From positions 31,674 through 95,673 of the forward strand of contig DATFYA010000021.1 in assembly GCA_035315345.1 (NCBI GenBank): 64,000 nucleotides of DNA. The letters are read 5' to 3'. Numbering within the stretch: the first letter of the stretch is position 1; every line of letters begins with the position of its first letter. A program made the position numbers and the translations under genes. Below the pieces are notes generated by a model. That model had not been told where the DNA came from and searched no databases. It saw only the letters and a list, made by a program, of their open reading frames with translations. This document shows positions 21,055 through 33,442 of this stretch, one piece after another. The DNA comes from Candidatus Methylomirabilota bacterium (GTDB taxonomy: Bacteria; Methylomirabilota; Methylomirabilia; Rokubacteriales; CSP1-6).

Positions 21055-24000
21055 TTACGCGTCGGTCAGCTTAACTGAGACGAGACGGGAGAGGCCGGGC
21101 TCTTCCATGGTCACGCCGTAGAGCACGTCCGCGGCTTCCATGGTCTTCCGGTTGTGCGTGATCACGACGAACTGGGTCTGGGTGCAGAGCTCGCGCAGCA
21201 CCCGCAGGAAGCGGTGGATGTTGGCGTCGTCGAGGGGGGCGTCCACCTCGTCGAGCACGCAGAACGGGCTCGGCCGGTGATAGAAGATCGCGAACAGCAG
21301 CGCCAGACCGGTCAGCGCCTTCTCGCCGCCCGACATCAGGGTGACCGCCTGCAGCCGCTTGCCGCGCGGCTGGGCCATCAGCTCGACGCCGAGCTCCAGC
21401 GGATCCTCTTCGCCCTCCTCGGGCGGCACCATGCGCAGCTCGGCGCGGCCGCCCTCGAAGAGCCGGGAGAAGATGTCGCTGAAGTGTCGGTTGATGTCGT
21501 CGAAGGCCTCCTGGAAGCGCTCCTGGGCAGTGCGGGTCATGCCGCGCAGCGCCTTCTCGAGATCCTTGATGGACGCGACCACGTCGTCGTGCTGCGTGCG
21601 GAGGAAATCCAGGCGCTCGGTCAGCTCGCGGAACTCCTCGTCCGCGACCAGGTTGACCGGTCCCATGGCCTCGAGCTTGGCGGACAGCTCGTCGTGACGC
21701 GCGCGCACCTCGTCGAGGTCGCGGCCGGCGTCGTGGGCGGCGAGCAGAGTCTCGGCGCTCTCCACCGCGTGACGGCGCCGCGCCTCTTGCAGCAGCTCCT
21801 CGCGCCGCACCCGGCCCTCCGTCTCCATCAGATCGAGCTGGTGCAGCCGGCCCACGAGGCCGTTCAGCTGATGCTGGACCTCGCGCAGCTCGCTCTCGAT
21901 GCCCTGGCGCTCGTCGAGCTGACGCTGATGCTCCTCGGCGATGACCGCGACGTCGGCCTCCAGGCGATCCCGCTCGGCCACCGCCTCGCGCGCCTGCGCG
22001 TCGGCCCGCTCCCGCTCGGCGGCCAGGTCCCCGCGGCGCTCGGCGGTCTGCGCGCGCCGGACGGCCGACTGCTCCTGCTGCAGGCCGAAATCGCGCTCGA
22101 GCGCGGTGATCCGCTCGATATCGCGTCCGAGCGCCTCCACGCGCTCGGCCACCGTGGCCAGGTCGACGCGGCCGGCGGTCAGCCGTGCGGTGAGTGCGGT
22201 CTCGTCCCCCTGCCCGTTCTCGAGCAGCACCTGCAGCGCGGTCATGTCGCCACCGAGGCGCGCCTCCTGCTCGGCCGCCGCCATCACGGCCCGCTCCAGC
22301 TCGAGCAGCCGCGACGCGGTCTCGTCGCGCTCGCCGCCGAGCTGCTCGGTCTCCGCGGACAGCGTCTCGAGGTGACGGGAGACCCGGTCGGCTTCGCGGA
22401 GCACCGACTCGAGATCCTTCTCGCCGGACAGCCGGGCGCTCTCCTGAGCCTGGTAGTTCGACTGCAAGCCCTCCAGATAGGTCCGCAACCGCGTGACCTC
22501 GGCTTCCACGCTCTCGACCCGGGCGACGGCGGCGGCCACGCCGCGCCCCAGCTCGGCGATCTCCTCGCTCAGCTGGCGGATCGCCCGCTTGCGGCCGAGG
22601 AGCGAGTGGTCGTTGCTCTGGCGCTCGCCGTCGCGATGGCCGCCGGTCAGCCGGCCGGTCGGCGAGAGCACTTCACCGGAGCGCGTGACGTAGGTGGCGA
22701 CCACGCCGTTCCGGCGCCAGAGCGTCTCGGCCTGATCAAGGTGAGCGACCACGCCCACCCGGCCCAACAGGTGGTGCAGCAGCGCCGGCCGTGGCCCTCC
22801 GACCAGCCGCGCCGCCCAGCTCACCTCGCCCGAATCCTCGGGCAGGGCCGCCGGCGAGGGCAGCGTCTCCAGCGGAAGCAGCGTGGCCGAGCCGGCGCCC
22901 TCGCGCTCGAGGTAGCCGAGCGCGGCGCGCGCGTGCTCGAAGCGCTCGACGACCACCCACTGGAGCCGGTCGCCGAGCACGGCCTCGACCGCTTCGTCGA
23001 GACCGTTCGGGACTTCCAGGAGGTCGGCGACCGTGCCGACCACGCCGCTCAGCTCGCCGGTGCCATTGTGGGCGAACATGGCCCGTACCCCGGCGCCATA
23101 CCCTTCGCGCTCCCGCTCGAGGCGCTCGAGCGCGTCCAGCGCCGACTGCCGCGCGGCCAGCTTCACGCGCAGGCCGGCGAGGGCTTCCTGCGCTTCGGTG
23201 CGCGTCACCTCGTGCTGTCGCCGCGTGGCGTCGATCTCCTGCAGCTCCGTGCTGAGCAGGGAGAGCTGGGCACCGGTGCGCTCGCGCGCCGCCTCGAGAC
23301 GCAGGCGCGAAGCGCTGAGCACCTCGGCCTCGGCGCGGGCGGCGGCCAGCTCGGCCGCGAGCCGCTCGGCGCGGCGGTCCACCTGGGTGCTGCGCTCGCG
23401 CAGCTCGCCGCTCGAATGCGTCAGATCGGCGCGGGCCCCCGCCACCCGGATCTGCTCGAGCCGCAGGGACTCGAACCGCTCGCGCCCTTCGCTCAGCGCG
23501 CCCCGGCACGTCTCGATCTGAACCTCGACCTGCCGCACCTCTTCAGACTGCCGCTCATGACGGGCGCGCGCCTCGTAGAGGCCGAGGCTCTTCTCGTCGC
23601 GCTCGGTGGTCAGGGCGACCCGCCGCTCGCCCAGCGTGCGAATCTCCTCGTCGAGCCGCGTCTCCTCCGCGAGCAGGTCCTGGATCTGCAGCCCCATCTG
23701 CTCGCGGCGCTCCAGGAGCCGCTCGGCCTCCCCCTGGATCTTCTGCACCGACTGCCGCAGGTCGGCCAGCCGGTACTCGGTGTCCTGGATGGCGGCGGCC
23801 TGCAGGGCCTGGCGTCCGGTGAGTGTGGCCACGCGCGCGCGCTGCTGCTCCTCGGTGGTCCGCAGCGTCTCCATCTCCCGCGTAACCGTCTCGTGCTGTA
23901 AGGCGAGGGCCGCGTAGTCGGCGGCGACGAGGGCCAGGTCGAGGGCCTGCCGCTCGGATTGCAGCACCTTGTACTGCTGGGCCTTCCGCGCCTGCCGCTC

Positions 24001-24612
24001 GATGGACGACACCTGACGCCGCACCTCTTCCATCACGTCACGCAGGCGCTGCAGATTCAGGCGGGTGGCGTCGAGCTTACCCTGCGTCTCGGAGCGCTGC
24101 TGCTTGTAGCGGGCAATCCCCGCCGCCTCCTCGATGAACACGCGCCGCTCCCACGGCTTGGCCGTGAGCACGTGGTTGAGCCGCTCCTGATCCATGAGGG
24201 CGTAGGCCTTGGGATTCACCCCGGTGCCCGCGAACAGGTCCTGGATGTCTCGGAGTCGGCACACATTGGTGTTGAGCAGGTACTCGCTCTCACCGGTGCG
24301 GTACAGGCGGCGCGCCACCGCCACCTCGCTCCACGGGACCTGCAGGCCGCCGTCGTTGTTGAAGACCAGGCTGACCTCGGCCATGCCGATCATCTTCCGG
24401 GATGCGGAGCCGTGGAAGATGACGTCTTCCATCTTGGTGCCGCGGAGGGTCTTGGGGCTCTGCTCGCCGAGGGCCCAGCGGATGGCATCGGCCACGTTCG
24501 ACTTGCCGCAGCCGTTCGGACCGACGATGCAGGTGACTCCGGGGAAGACCTTCACGTCGGTCTTCTCGGCGAACGACTTGAAGCCGTGGATCAGGATCGA
24601 TTCGAGTCGCAT
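21055..24612 (-). CDS. smc: chromosome segregation protein SMC
   Basis: 1185 aa. N-terminal Walker A (GPNGCGKSN), long coiled coils, a hinge, and a C-terminal signature/Walker B (LSGGEKALTGLALLFA...LDEVDAPLD). Confidence 0.95.
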   Translation of the reverse strand: MRLESILIHGFKSFAEKTDVKVFPGVTCIVGPNGCGKSNVADAIRWALGEQSPKTLRGTKMEDVIFHGSASRKMIGMAEVSLVFNNDGGLQVPWSEVAVARRLYRTGESEYLLNTNVCRLRDIQDLFAGTGVNPKAYALMDQERLNHVLTAKPWERRVFIEEAAGIARYKQQRSETQGKLDATRLNLQRLRDVMEEVRRQVSSIERQARKAQQYKVLQSERQALDLALVAADYAALALQHETVTREMETLRTTEEQQRARVATLTGRQALQAAAIQDTEYRLADLRQSVQKIQGEAERLLERREQMGLQIQDLLAEETRLDEEIRTLGERRVALTTERDEKSLGLYEARARHERQSEEVRQVEVQIETCRGALSEGRERFESLRLEQIRVAGARADLTHSSGELRERSTQVDRRAERLAAELAAARAEAEVLSASRLRLEAARERTGAQLSLLSTELQEIDATRRQHEVTRTEAQEALAGLRVKLAARQSALDALERLEREREGYGAGVRAMFAHNGTGELSGVVGTVADLLEVPNGLDEAVEAVLGDRLQWVVVERFEHARAALGYLEREGAGSATLLPLETLPSPAALPEDSGEVSWAARLVGGPRPALLHHLLGRVGVVAHLDQAETLWRRNGVVATYVTRSGEVLSPTGRLTGGHRDGERQSNDHSLLGRKRAIRQLSEEIAELGRGVAAAVARVESVEAEVTRLRTYLEGLQSNYQAQESARLSGEKDLESVLREADRVSRHLETLSAETEQLGGERDETASRLLELERAVMAAAEQEARLGGDMTALQVLLENGQGDETALTARLTAGRVDLATVAERVEALGRDIERITALERDFGLQQEQSAVRRAQTAERRGDLAAERERADAQAREAVAERDRLEADVAVIAEEHQRQLDERQGIESELREVQHQLNGLVGRLHQLDLMETEGRVRREELLQEARRRHAVESAETLLAAHDAGRDLDEVRARHDELSAKLEAMGPVNLVADEEFRELTERLDFLRTQHDDVVASIKDLEKALRGMTRTAQERFQEAFDDINRHFSDIFSRLFEGGRAELRMVPPEEGEEDPLELGVELMAQPRGKRLQAVTLMSGGEKALTGLALLFAIFYHRPSPFCVLDEVDAPLDDANIHRFLRVLRELCTQTQFVVITHNRKTMEAADVLYGVTMEEPGLSRLVSVKLTDA

Positions 24613-24665
24613 GACGGCACGCCCAGAGGGCGTGACTCACTAATAGCACGGGGTCCGCGGATCGA

Positions 24666-24697
24666 CAAAGAAAAAAGCCCCAGGAGTGGGGGGCGGC
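24666..24697 (-). terminator. candidate intrinsic terminator downstream of secA
   Basis: On the minus strand a GC hairpin (CCCCA-CTCC-TGGGG) is followed by CTTTTTTCTTTG, about 45 nt after the secA stop. Confidence 0.5.
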
Positions 24698-24740
24698 GAG
24701 GCCGGGCGGTACTAGATGTGGTCGGCCGCAGCCGGCCGGA

Positions 24741-27596
<2,856 letters not shown>

Positions 27597-27645
27597 GTCA
27601 AGGCCTCATCTTACACCACCCGCCCCGCTCGGCCGCCGCTCCCGA

Positions 27646-29349
27646 TCACTGCGCCTCTCGCAGCAGCTCGCGGGCGTGGCGTCGGGACGTGTCGGTGACC
27701 CGCTCGCCGCCCAGCATGCGCGCGAGCTCGTCGACGCGGGCGGTGGCCTTCAGCGCGGTCACGCTGGTCCGGGTGGCGCCGCGGGCCACGTGCTTCTGGA
27801 CGAGGAGGTGATGGCTCGCGTACGCGGCGATCGGCGCGAGGTGCGTGACGCAGAGCACCTGCCGGCCCGCCGCGGTGGCGCGCAGCTTCTGGCCCACCAC
27901 GTCGGCCACGCGCCCGCCGATGCCCGCGTCGACCTCGTCGAACACCAGCACCGGCACGTCGTCGGCGGCGGCCAGCACGGTCTTGGTGGCCAGCATCACC
28001 CGCGAGAGCTCGCCGCCCGAGACGACCTTGGCGAGCGGACGAAGGTCTTCGCCCGGGTTGGCCGAGAGGAGCAGCTCGGCGGTCTCCGCGCCACGCGGGC
28101 CGACGCGGTATCCTTCGGCGCCCGAGCCGAGATCGTCGGGGCCGGCGGCGTCGCGGCGGAGCGCCACCCGGAAGCGCCCGTGCTCCATGCCGAGCCCGCG
28201 GATCTCCTTCTGGACGAGGCGCTCGAGGCGCTCGGCTCCCCGCGTGCGCTGCTCGGAGAGCGCCGCGGCCTCGCGGCCCGCCGCGGCCGCGGCGTCGGCC
28301 ACCGCCCGCTCCGTCTCCTCGGCGATGGCGTCGTGCCGGACGATGCGATCGAGCGCGGCGGCCGCGTCCTGGCGATGCGCCAGGATGGCCGCCACCGACT
28401 CGCCGTACTTGCGCTTGAGCCGCGCGACGGCGTCGAGGCGCGCGTCGATCTGCTCGAGCCGCTCCGGGTCGAAGACGGCGCGGTCGCGCAGGGCGCGGGC
28501 CCGGCCCACCACGTCCTCCAGGTAGGACTGGGCGCCCTCGATGGCCTCGATCGGCGCGGCCGCGTCCGGCTCGACGCGCGAGACGTCGCGCAGCAGCGCG
28601 GCGGCCCGGGCGAGCCGCGCGGCGGCCGACTGCGGATCCTCGTAGAGCAGGCCGACCGCCTCCTGAAGCCCGGCCACGATCCGCTCGGCGTGCTGCAGCC
28701 GAGCGCGTTCGGCGCGCAGGTCGCTCTCCTCGCCGTCGCGGAGCTTCACCGCGTCGATCTCCGAGACCTGGAAGCGGTAGAGGTCCTCTTGACGGGCGCC
28801 CTCGCGCATCTCTTCGCGCAACCGTCGCAGGGTGGCCCGCGCCTCCTCCCACGAGCGGACGGAGGCCGCCACGCGCTCGCGGCGGTCCTCCGCCTCCGCG
28901 AATCGGTCGAGGAGGAGCAGCTGGCGCGCCGGCTCCATCAGGCGCTGGTGCTCGTGCTGGCCGTGCAGCTCGACCAGGGCTTCGCCGAGCCGCTCGAGCA
29001 GACCGACGGTGGCCGCGGAGTCGTTGACGAAGGCGCGATGGCGGCCGGACCGCGCCAGTTCGCGCTTGACGACCAGCTCGCCGTCGCCCGCGCGGTGTCC
29101 GGCCTCCTCGAGGGCCGCGGCCACCGGGCCGGCGGGGTCGATCTCGAAGATTGCCTCGACCACCGCGGTGTCGGCGCCGGTGCGGATCCAGTCGAGCTGC
29201 GCGCGCGCGCCGGTGACGAGCAGGAGGGCGTCGACCACGATGGACTTGCCGGCACCGGTCTCGCCGGTGAGCACGTTGAGACCGGGGGCGAAGGGCACCA
29301 CCGCCTCCTCCACCACCGCCAGATTCCGGATCGACAGCTCGCGGAGCAT
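27646..29349 (-). CDS. recN: DNA repair protein RecN
   Basis: SMC-like ATPase with N-terminal Walker A (GETGAGKS) and a C-terminal signature. The likely start is MLRELSIRNLAV. The ORF-track start at 29382 is an extension. Confidence 0.9.
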   Translation of the reverse strand: MLRELSIRNLAVVEEAVVPFAPGLNVLTGETGAGKSIVVDALLLVTGARAQLDWIRTGADTAVVEAIFEIDPAGPVAAALEEAGHRAGDGELVVKRELARSGRHRAFVNDSAATVGLLERLGEALVELHGQHEHQRLMEPARQLLLLDRFAEAEDRRERVAASVRSWEEARATLRRLREEMREGARQEDLYRFQVSEIDAVKLRDGEESDLRAERARLQHAERIVAGLQEAVGLLYEDPQSAAARLARAAALLRDVSRVEPDAAAPIEAIEGAQSYLEDVVGRARALRDRAVFDPERLEQIDARLDAVARLKRKYGESVAAILAHRQDAAAALDRIVRHDAIAEETERAVADAAAAAGREAAALSEQRTRGAERLERLVQKEIRGLGMEHGRFRVALRRDAAGPDDLGSGAEGYRVGPRGAETAELLLSANPGEDLRPLAKVVSGGELSRVMLATKTVLAAADDVPVLVFDEVDAGIGGRVADVVGQKLRATAAGRQVLCVTHLAPIAAYASHHLLVQKHVARGATRTSVTALKATARVDELARMLGGERVTDTSRRHARELLREAQ

Positions 29350-29396
29350 CGTGCGGGCCATGCTACGGGCAGTGCCGGGCACCGCTCAACTGTATC

Positions 29397-30254
29397 CTAT
29401 CGCTCGCCCCACTTGAGCTTGGTGCGGAGGACCGAGAAGAAGTGCTTTTGGGGAAACCGCAGGAGTCGGGTACGGGCGGCGGCCCGCCGCACCTCCACCG
29501 TGTCCTCGAGCCGGAGCGAGAACCCCACCTGGCCATCGAGGGTCAGCATCACGTCCTGGTCGGTGAGCAGCGTGATCGCGATGCGCTGCGTGGCGGGCAG
29601 GACGATCGGGCGGTTCGTGAGGGTGTGGGAGCAGATCGGGGTGAGCACCATCGCGTCCATGGTCGGATACACGATGGGGCCGCCCGCGGAGAGACAGTAC
29701 GCGGTGGAGCCGGTGGGCGTCGAGATGATCAGCCCGTCCGCCCGGTACCCGGTGGCGAAGTCGCCGTCCACCGCGACCTCGAGACGGATGATGCGGCTCA
29801 TCGCCGACTTGGTGATGACCACGTCGTTGAGCGCCGCGTACTCCCCGAGGCGCTCGCCCCGTCGAAAGACGCGCGCCTCCAGGAGCATGCGCTCCTCGAT
29901 CACCAGCTCGCCGCGCAGGTAGGCCTCGAGCGCGGGGAACAGCTCCTCGACGGTGAGGGCGGTGAGGAATCCGAGCCCGCCGAGATTGACCCCGAGGATC
30001 GGCACGCCCAGGTCGCCCACCAGACGGGCCATGCCGAGCAGCGTGCCGTCACCGCCCAGCACCAGCAGCAGGTCGGATTGGCCGGGAAGCTCCGGCCGCC
30101 CCGTGATCGGCGCCGTCGTCTGCGGAAAGAGACCCGCCGTCTCCTTCTCGAGGACCGGCTGGATCCCGCGTGCCGCGCACCAGTCGAGCAGCTGCGGCAC
30201 CACCGTCCGGGCCTCCTGACGATCCGTCTTGGCGACGATGCCCAGTCGCTTCAC
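29397..30254 (-). CDS. nadK: NAD(+) kinase
   Basis: 285 aa with the GGDGT motif (LGGDGTLLGMAR) and the NADK C-terminal domain. It lies in the common tlyA-nadK-recN arrangement. Confidence 0.9.
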   Translation of the reverse strand: MKRLGIVAKTDRQEARTVVPQLLDWCAARGIQPVLEKETAGLFPQTTAPITGRPELPGQSDLLLVLGGDGTLLGMARLVGDLGVPILGVNLGGLGFLTALTVEELFPALEAYLRGELVIEERMLLEARVFRRGERLGEYAALNDVVITKSAMSRIIRLEVAVDGDFATGYRADGLIISTPTGSTAYCLSAGGPIVYPTMDAMVLTPICSHTLTNRPIVLPATQRIAITLLTDQDVMLTLDGQVGFSLRLEDTVEVRRAAARTRLLRFPQKHFFSVLRTKLKWGER

Positions 30255-31210
30255 GGCTGCGGAGGTTCCTCTGCGGTCATCCGCGTGATGAGGACGTCCA
30301 GCTCGCTCAGCGTGCGGCCGGTCTTGGTCAGCAAGAGGAAGAACTCGCGGTTGCCCTTCGGGCCCTTCAAGGGCGACGCGGTCGCGCCCCGCACGTGCCA
30401 GCCGTGCAGGACCGCGAAGCGAGCCACTCGCGAGATGACCGCCTGATGGTGCGAGCCGTCCCGCACCACGCCGCCCTTGCCCACCTGCCCCTTGCCGACC
30501 TCGAACTGCGGCTTCACCAGCACTACCGCCTCGCCCTGGGGGCCGAGCACCGAGAAGACCGACGGCAGGACCTTCTCGAGCGAGATGAAGGAGACGTCCA
30601 CGGTGGCGAGATCCGGCGACTCGGTGAAGGAGTCGACCGGCAGGTTGCGCGCGTTGGTCTTCTCCATCACCACCACGCGGCCGTCCGCGCGGAGCTTGGC
30701 GTCGAGCTGTCCCTGCCCCACGTCCACCGCGTACACCTTGACCGCGCCGTGCTCCAGGAGGCAGTGCGTGAAGCCTCCGGTGGAGGCCCCCACGTCGATG
30801 GCGACGCGGCCACGAGGCGCGATCCCGAACGTCGCCAGCGCGTGCTGGAGCTTGTCGCCGCCACGGCTCACGAACCGCGGGCGCGCCACCAGCTCGAGCC
30901 TCGCGCCGGGCGTCACCAGCGCGCCCGCCTTGTCCACCCGCTGGCCGTCGACGAGCACGTCGCCGGCGAGGATCAGCCGGGCCGCCTTCTCCCGCGACTC
31001 GACCAGGGCTCGCTCCACCAGGGCCACGTCGAGCCGGACCTTGGTCTTCGCGCGGCTCTCGGCCGCCGGGCGCTCGGGGGCGGGGCTCGCCTTGCCGCGG
31101 GTCGCGGGCGCGGATTTACGTCGGACCGCCACTGGCTTCGACAGGCCACGCTTCTTCGGGAACCTCTTCACACCGGCTCCTTTCTCTGATCCGCGAGACG
31201 ACCGCGCCAT
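30251..31210 (-). CDS. tlyA: TlyA family rRNA 2'-O-methyltransferase (hemolysin A-like)
   Basis: S4 RNA-binding domain plus an FtsJ-like methyltransferase domain (VDVGASTGGFT). A basic K/R-rich N-terminal extension of about 55 aa precedes the conserved VRLDVALVERGL-type start, so the true start is uncertain. Confidence 0.8.
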   Translation of the reverse strand: MARSSRGSEKGAGVKRFPKKRGLSKPVAVRRKSAPATRGKASPAPERPAAESRAKTKVRLDVALVERALVESREKAARLILAGDVLVDGQRVDKAGALVTPGARLELVARPRFVSRGGDKLQHALATFGIAPRGRVAIDVGASTGGFTHCLLEHGAVKVYAVDVGQGQLDAKLRADGRVVVMEKTNARNLPVDSFTESPDLATVDVSFISLEKVLPSVFSVLGPQGEAVVLVKPQFEVGKGQVGKGGVVRDGSHHQAVISRVARFAVLHGWHVRGATASPLKGPKGNREFFLLLTKTGRTLSELDVLITRMTAEEPPQP

Positions 31211-31428
31211 TCAGCGGCCCGCGCACGGGCCGGTGCGCCGGAGGTCGGGTCCAATCCGTCGGGGGTACGCGCGGCGACGATGCGGATGGGTTCGACTCGG
31301 AGTCGGGGACGCGTCTCGTGCCCCGACGCCACCGTGACGGCTGTCATACGGCCTCATCGGCCTCTGGGGAGTGCGCCGGAAATTTCAACGCTCGCAATTA
31401 TATAGCCGAACCCCCCTCGCCGACGAAT

Positions 31429-32124
31429 TCAGGGTGCGCGGGCCCCGGCGCGGGGCCTGAGCACGAACAGGAGCCCGACGCCGGCCAGGAAGCCTCCGAT
31501 GTGGGCGAAGAAGGCCACCCCACCCCGCGCTCCGAAGCTCCCGAGACCGTTCAGGACCTGGAGCACGATCCAAAAGCCCAGCACGACGAGGGCCGGTATT
31601 TTGACCACCCGGAAGAAGAACCCCAGGATGATCAGCGTGGTCACGTGGGCGTGCGGGAACAGCAGCAGGTAGGCGCCGAGGACGCCCGAAACCGCGCCGC
31701 TGGCTCCGACCATCGGCACGTCCGAGGTCGGGCCCATGGCGACCTGCGCCAGCGCGGCCGCCACCCCGGAAGCCAGATAGAAGAGCAGGTAGCGGACGTG
31801 GCCCAGGGTGTCCTCGATGTTGTTGCCGAAGATGCCGAGATAGAGCATGTTGCCGCCGACGTGGAACCAGCCGCCGTGCATGAACATCGACGTGAAGATC
31901 GTCAGCACCGGCGACGGCAGGTCCGGCGACCCGTGACAGGCGCCGGTCAGCCGACACGGCACGAGCCCGAATTCGCGGATGAACGACTCGGCGGCCCGCG
32001 CGCCTTCCCGTCCGCCGACCTCGAGGGAGAACTGGTAGAGGAACACCAGCACGTTGACGACGATGAACGCGATCGTGACGACGGGGGTGGTGTGGCTCGG
32101 ATTGTCGTCTTTCAGGGGAAACAC
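31429..32124 (-). CDS. rhomboid family intramembrane serine protease
   Basis: 231 aa with six TM helices, the catalytic GxSG motif (GASGAVSG) and a His in the last TM (AHIGGFLAG). Confidence 0.8.
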   Translation of the reverse strand: MFPLKDDNPSHTTPVVTIAFIVVNVLVFLYQFSLEVGGREGARAAESFIREFGLVPCRLTGACHGSPDLPSPVLTIFTSMFMHGGWFHVGGNMLYLGIFGNNIEDTLGHVRYLLFYLASGVAAALAQVAMGPTSDVPMVGASGAVSGVLGAYLLLFPHAHVTTLIILGFFFRVVKIPALVVLGFWIVLQVLNGLGSFGARGGVAFFAHIGGFLAGVGLLFVLRPRAGARAP

Positions 32125-32131
32125 GAGCGGA

Positions 32132-33442
32132 CTATTGCGCGGCGGGGCCGAGCGTGACGATCGTCGGGGTCGTCAGGTAGGTCCGCGCCACGCGCTGCAC
32201 GTCCTCGGCGGTCACCGCCTCCACCGCCTGCGCGTAGCGATCGGCGAAGTCGGGGCCCACGCCGAGCGCCTCGAAGAACGCGTCGTACCAGGCGAGCCGC
32301 GCGTTCGTGCGCCGGTCCAGCCCGAACTGGCCGAGCAGGTAGGCCTTCGCGCGGGCCAGCTCGCTCGGGCTCACCGGCTCGCGCCGGATGCGATCGAGCT
32401 CGCCCAGCATCGCGACCTCGGCACGAGCCTGATTGGCGGGAGCCGTGCCGAGCTGGGTGTAGAAGACCCCGGGGCCGCGGCGTGATGGGTACGAGCCGCC
32501 GGTCGAGTACGCCAGCCCCTGCTTGTCCCGGACCTCGGTGAAGAGGCGTCCGGCCATGCCCCCGCCGAGCGCGGTGGCCAGCACCTTCACCGCCGGGTAG
32601 TCGGGGTGCGCGGTGGGCGGGGCGAGGAACGCGACCAGCACCTGGGCCTGCGCGGCGGGCTTCACGAGCACGGTGCGGTCCGCCCGGGCCGCCGCGGAAG
32701 GCTCCAAGGGTTCGGGAGCGCTCTCTTCCGTCGACGCCCCCGCGAATCGCCGGGCCACCTCGGCCACGACCTCCCGGGCCGTGATGTCGCCGCTCACCGC
32801 GAGGATGATGCGGGGCGCGCGGTAGAAGCGCCGATGGTGGGCGACCAGGGTATCGTGATCGATGCGCTCGAGCGCGGCGGCTCGCCCGAGGATCGGCCGG
32901 CCGTACGGATGGTCGCCGTACACGCGGCTCATGACGGTGTCCAGGGCGAGCGGAAACGGCTGATCCTGCCGGCTGCGGAGCGCGGTCAGCATGGCGCGAC
33001 GCTCTCCGTCGATCTCGGCCGCGGGGAGCGTGGGCCGGAGCGCGACGTCCGCCACCAGATCGAGCAGGGTCTTCCAGTTGCGAGCGAGCGCGGTGGCGCG
33101 GATCTCGGAATAGTCCATGTCCGCCGAGGCGCTGATGCCACCCCCGAGCCCCTCCGCGGTCTCGGCGATCTCGAGCGCGGAGCGCGTGGCGGTGCCCTTC
33201 AGCATCACCTGCTGGAGCAGATGGCTGATGCCCGCGTTGTCCTCGGTCTCCCAGCGCGAGCCCATGCGGACGAACAGCGAGGCCGCGACCACCGGCGTGG
33301 CCGCGTTCTCCCGCACCAGGATGGTGAGCCCGTTGGCGAGGCGCGTCCGCTGCGGTCCGGAAGCGGACGCGGCGCCGGCGGCCACGCCGAGCAGCGTGAG
33401 GGCGGCCGCGACCGCAAGAGCGGCCCGCCGACGGCCGGTCAT
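32132..33442 (-). CDS. exported M16 family peptidase, non-catalytic partner subunit (zinc motif degenerated to HLLQQ)
   Basis: About 436 aa starting MTGRRRAALAVAAALTLLGVAAGAASA (signal or Tat-like). It has the M16 fold, but the position of the HxxEH zinc inversion motif reads ISHLLQQVMLKGT, lacking the Glu and second His. Its ATG overlaps the stop of the active M16 gene (ATGA at 33439..33442). Confidence 0.8.
   Translation of the reverse strand: MTGRRRAALAVAAALTLLGVAAGAASASGPQRTRLANGLTILVRENAATPVVAASLFVRMGSRWETEDNAGISHLLQQVMLKGTATRSALEIAETAEGLGGGISASADMDYSEIRATALARNWKTLLDLVADVALRPTLPAAEIDGERRAMLTALRSRQDQPFPLALDTVMSRVYGDHPYGRPILGRAAALERIDHDTLVAHHRRFYRAPRIILAVSGDITAREVVAEVARRFAGASTEESAPEPLEPSAAARADRTVLVKPAAQAQVLVAFLAPPTAHPDYPAVKVLATALGGGMAGRLFTEVRDKQGLAYSTGGSYPSRRGPGVFYTQLGTAPANQARAEVAMLGELDRIRREPVSPSELARAKAYLLGQFGLDRRTNARLAWYDAFFEALGVGPDFADRYAQAVEAVTAEDVQRVARTYLTTPTIVTLGPAAQ

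Noticed and set aside
31270-31345. tRNA-like fragment containing GGGTTCGACTC and GCCACC in the tlyA-rhomboid gap.
   Set aside because: It shares only an 11-mer with the T-loop region of the genuine tRNA. No cloverleaf can be drawn, since the flanking stems do not pair. It is treated as chance similarity or an unverifiable relic.
31440-31460. GGGCCCC-GGCGC-GGGGCC hairpin near the rhomboid 3' end as a terminator.
   Set aside because: It lies inside the rhomboid coding sequence, about 10 codons before its stop, and lacks a U-tract.
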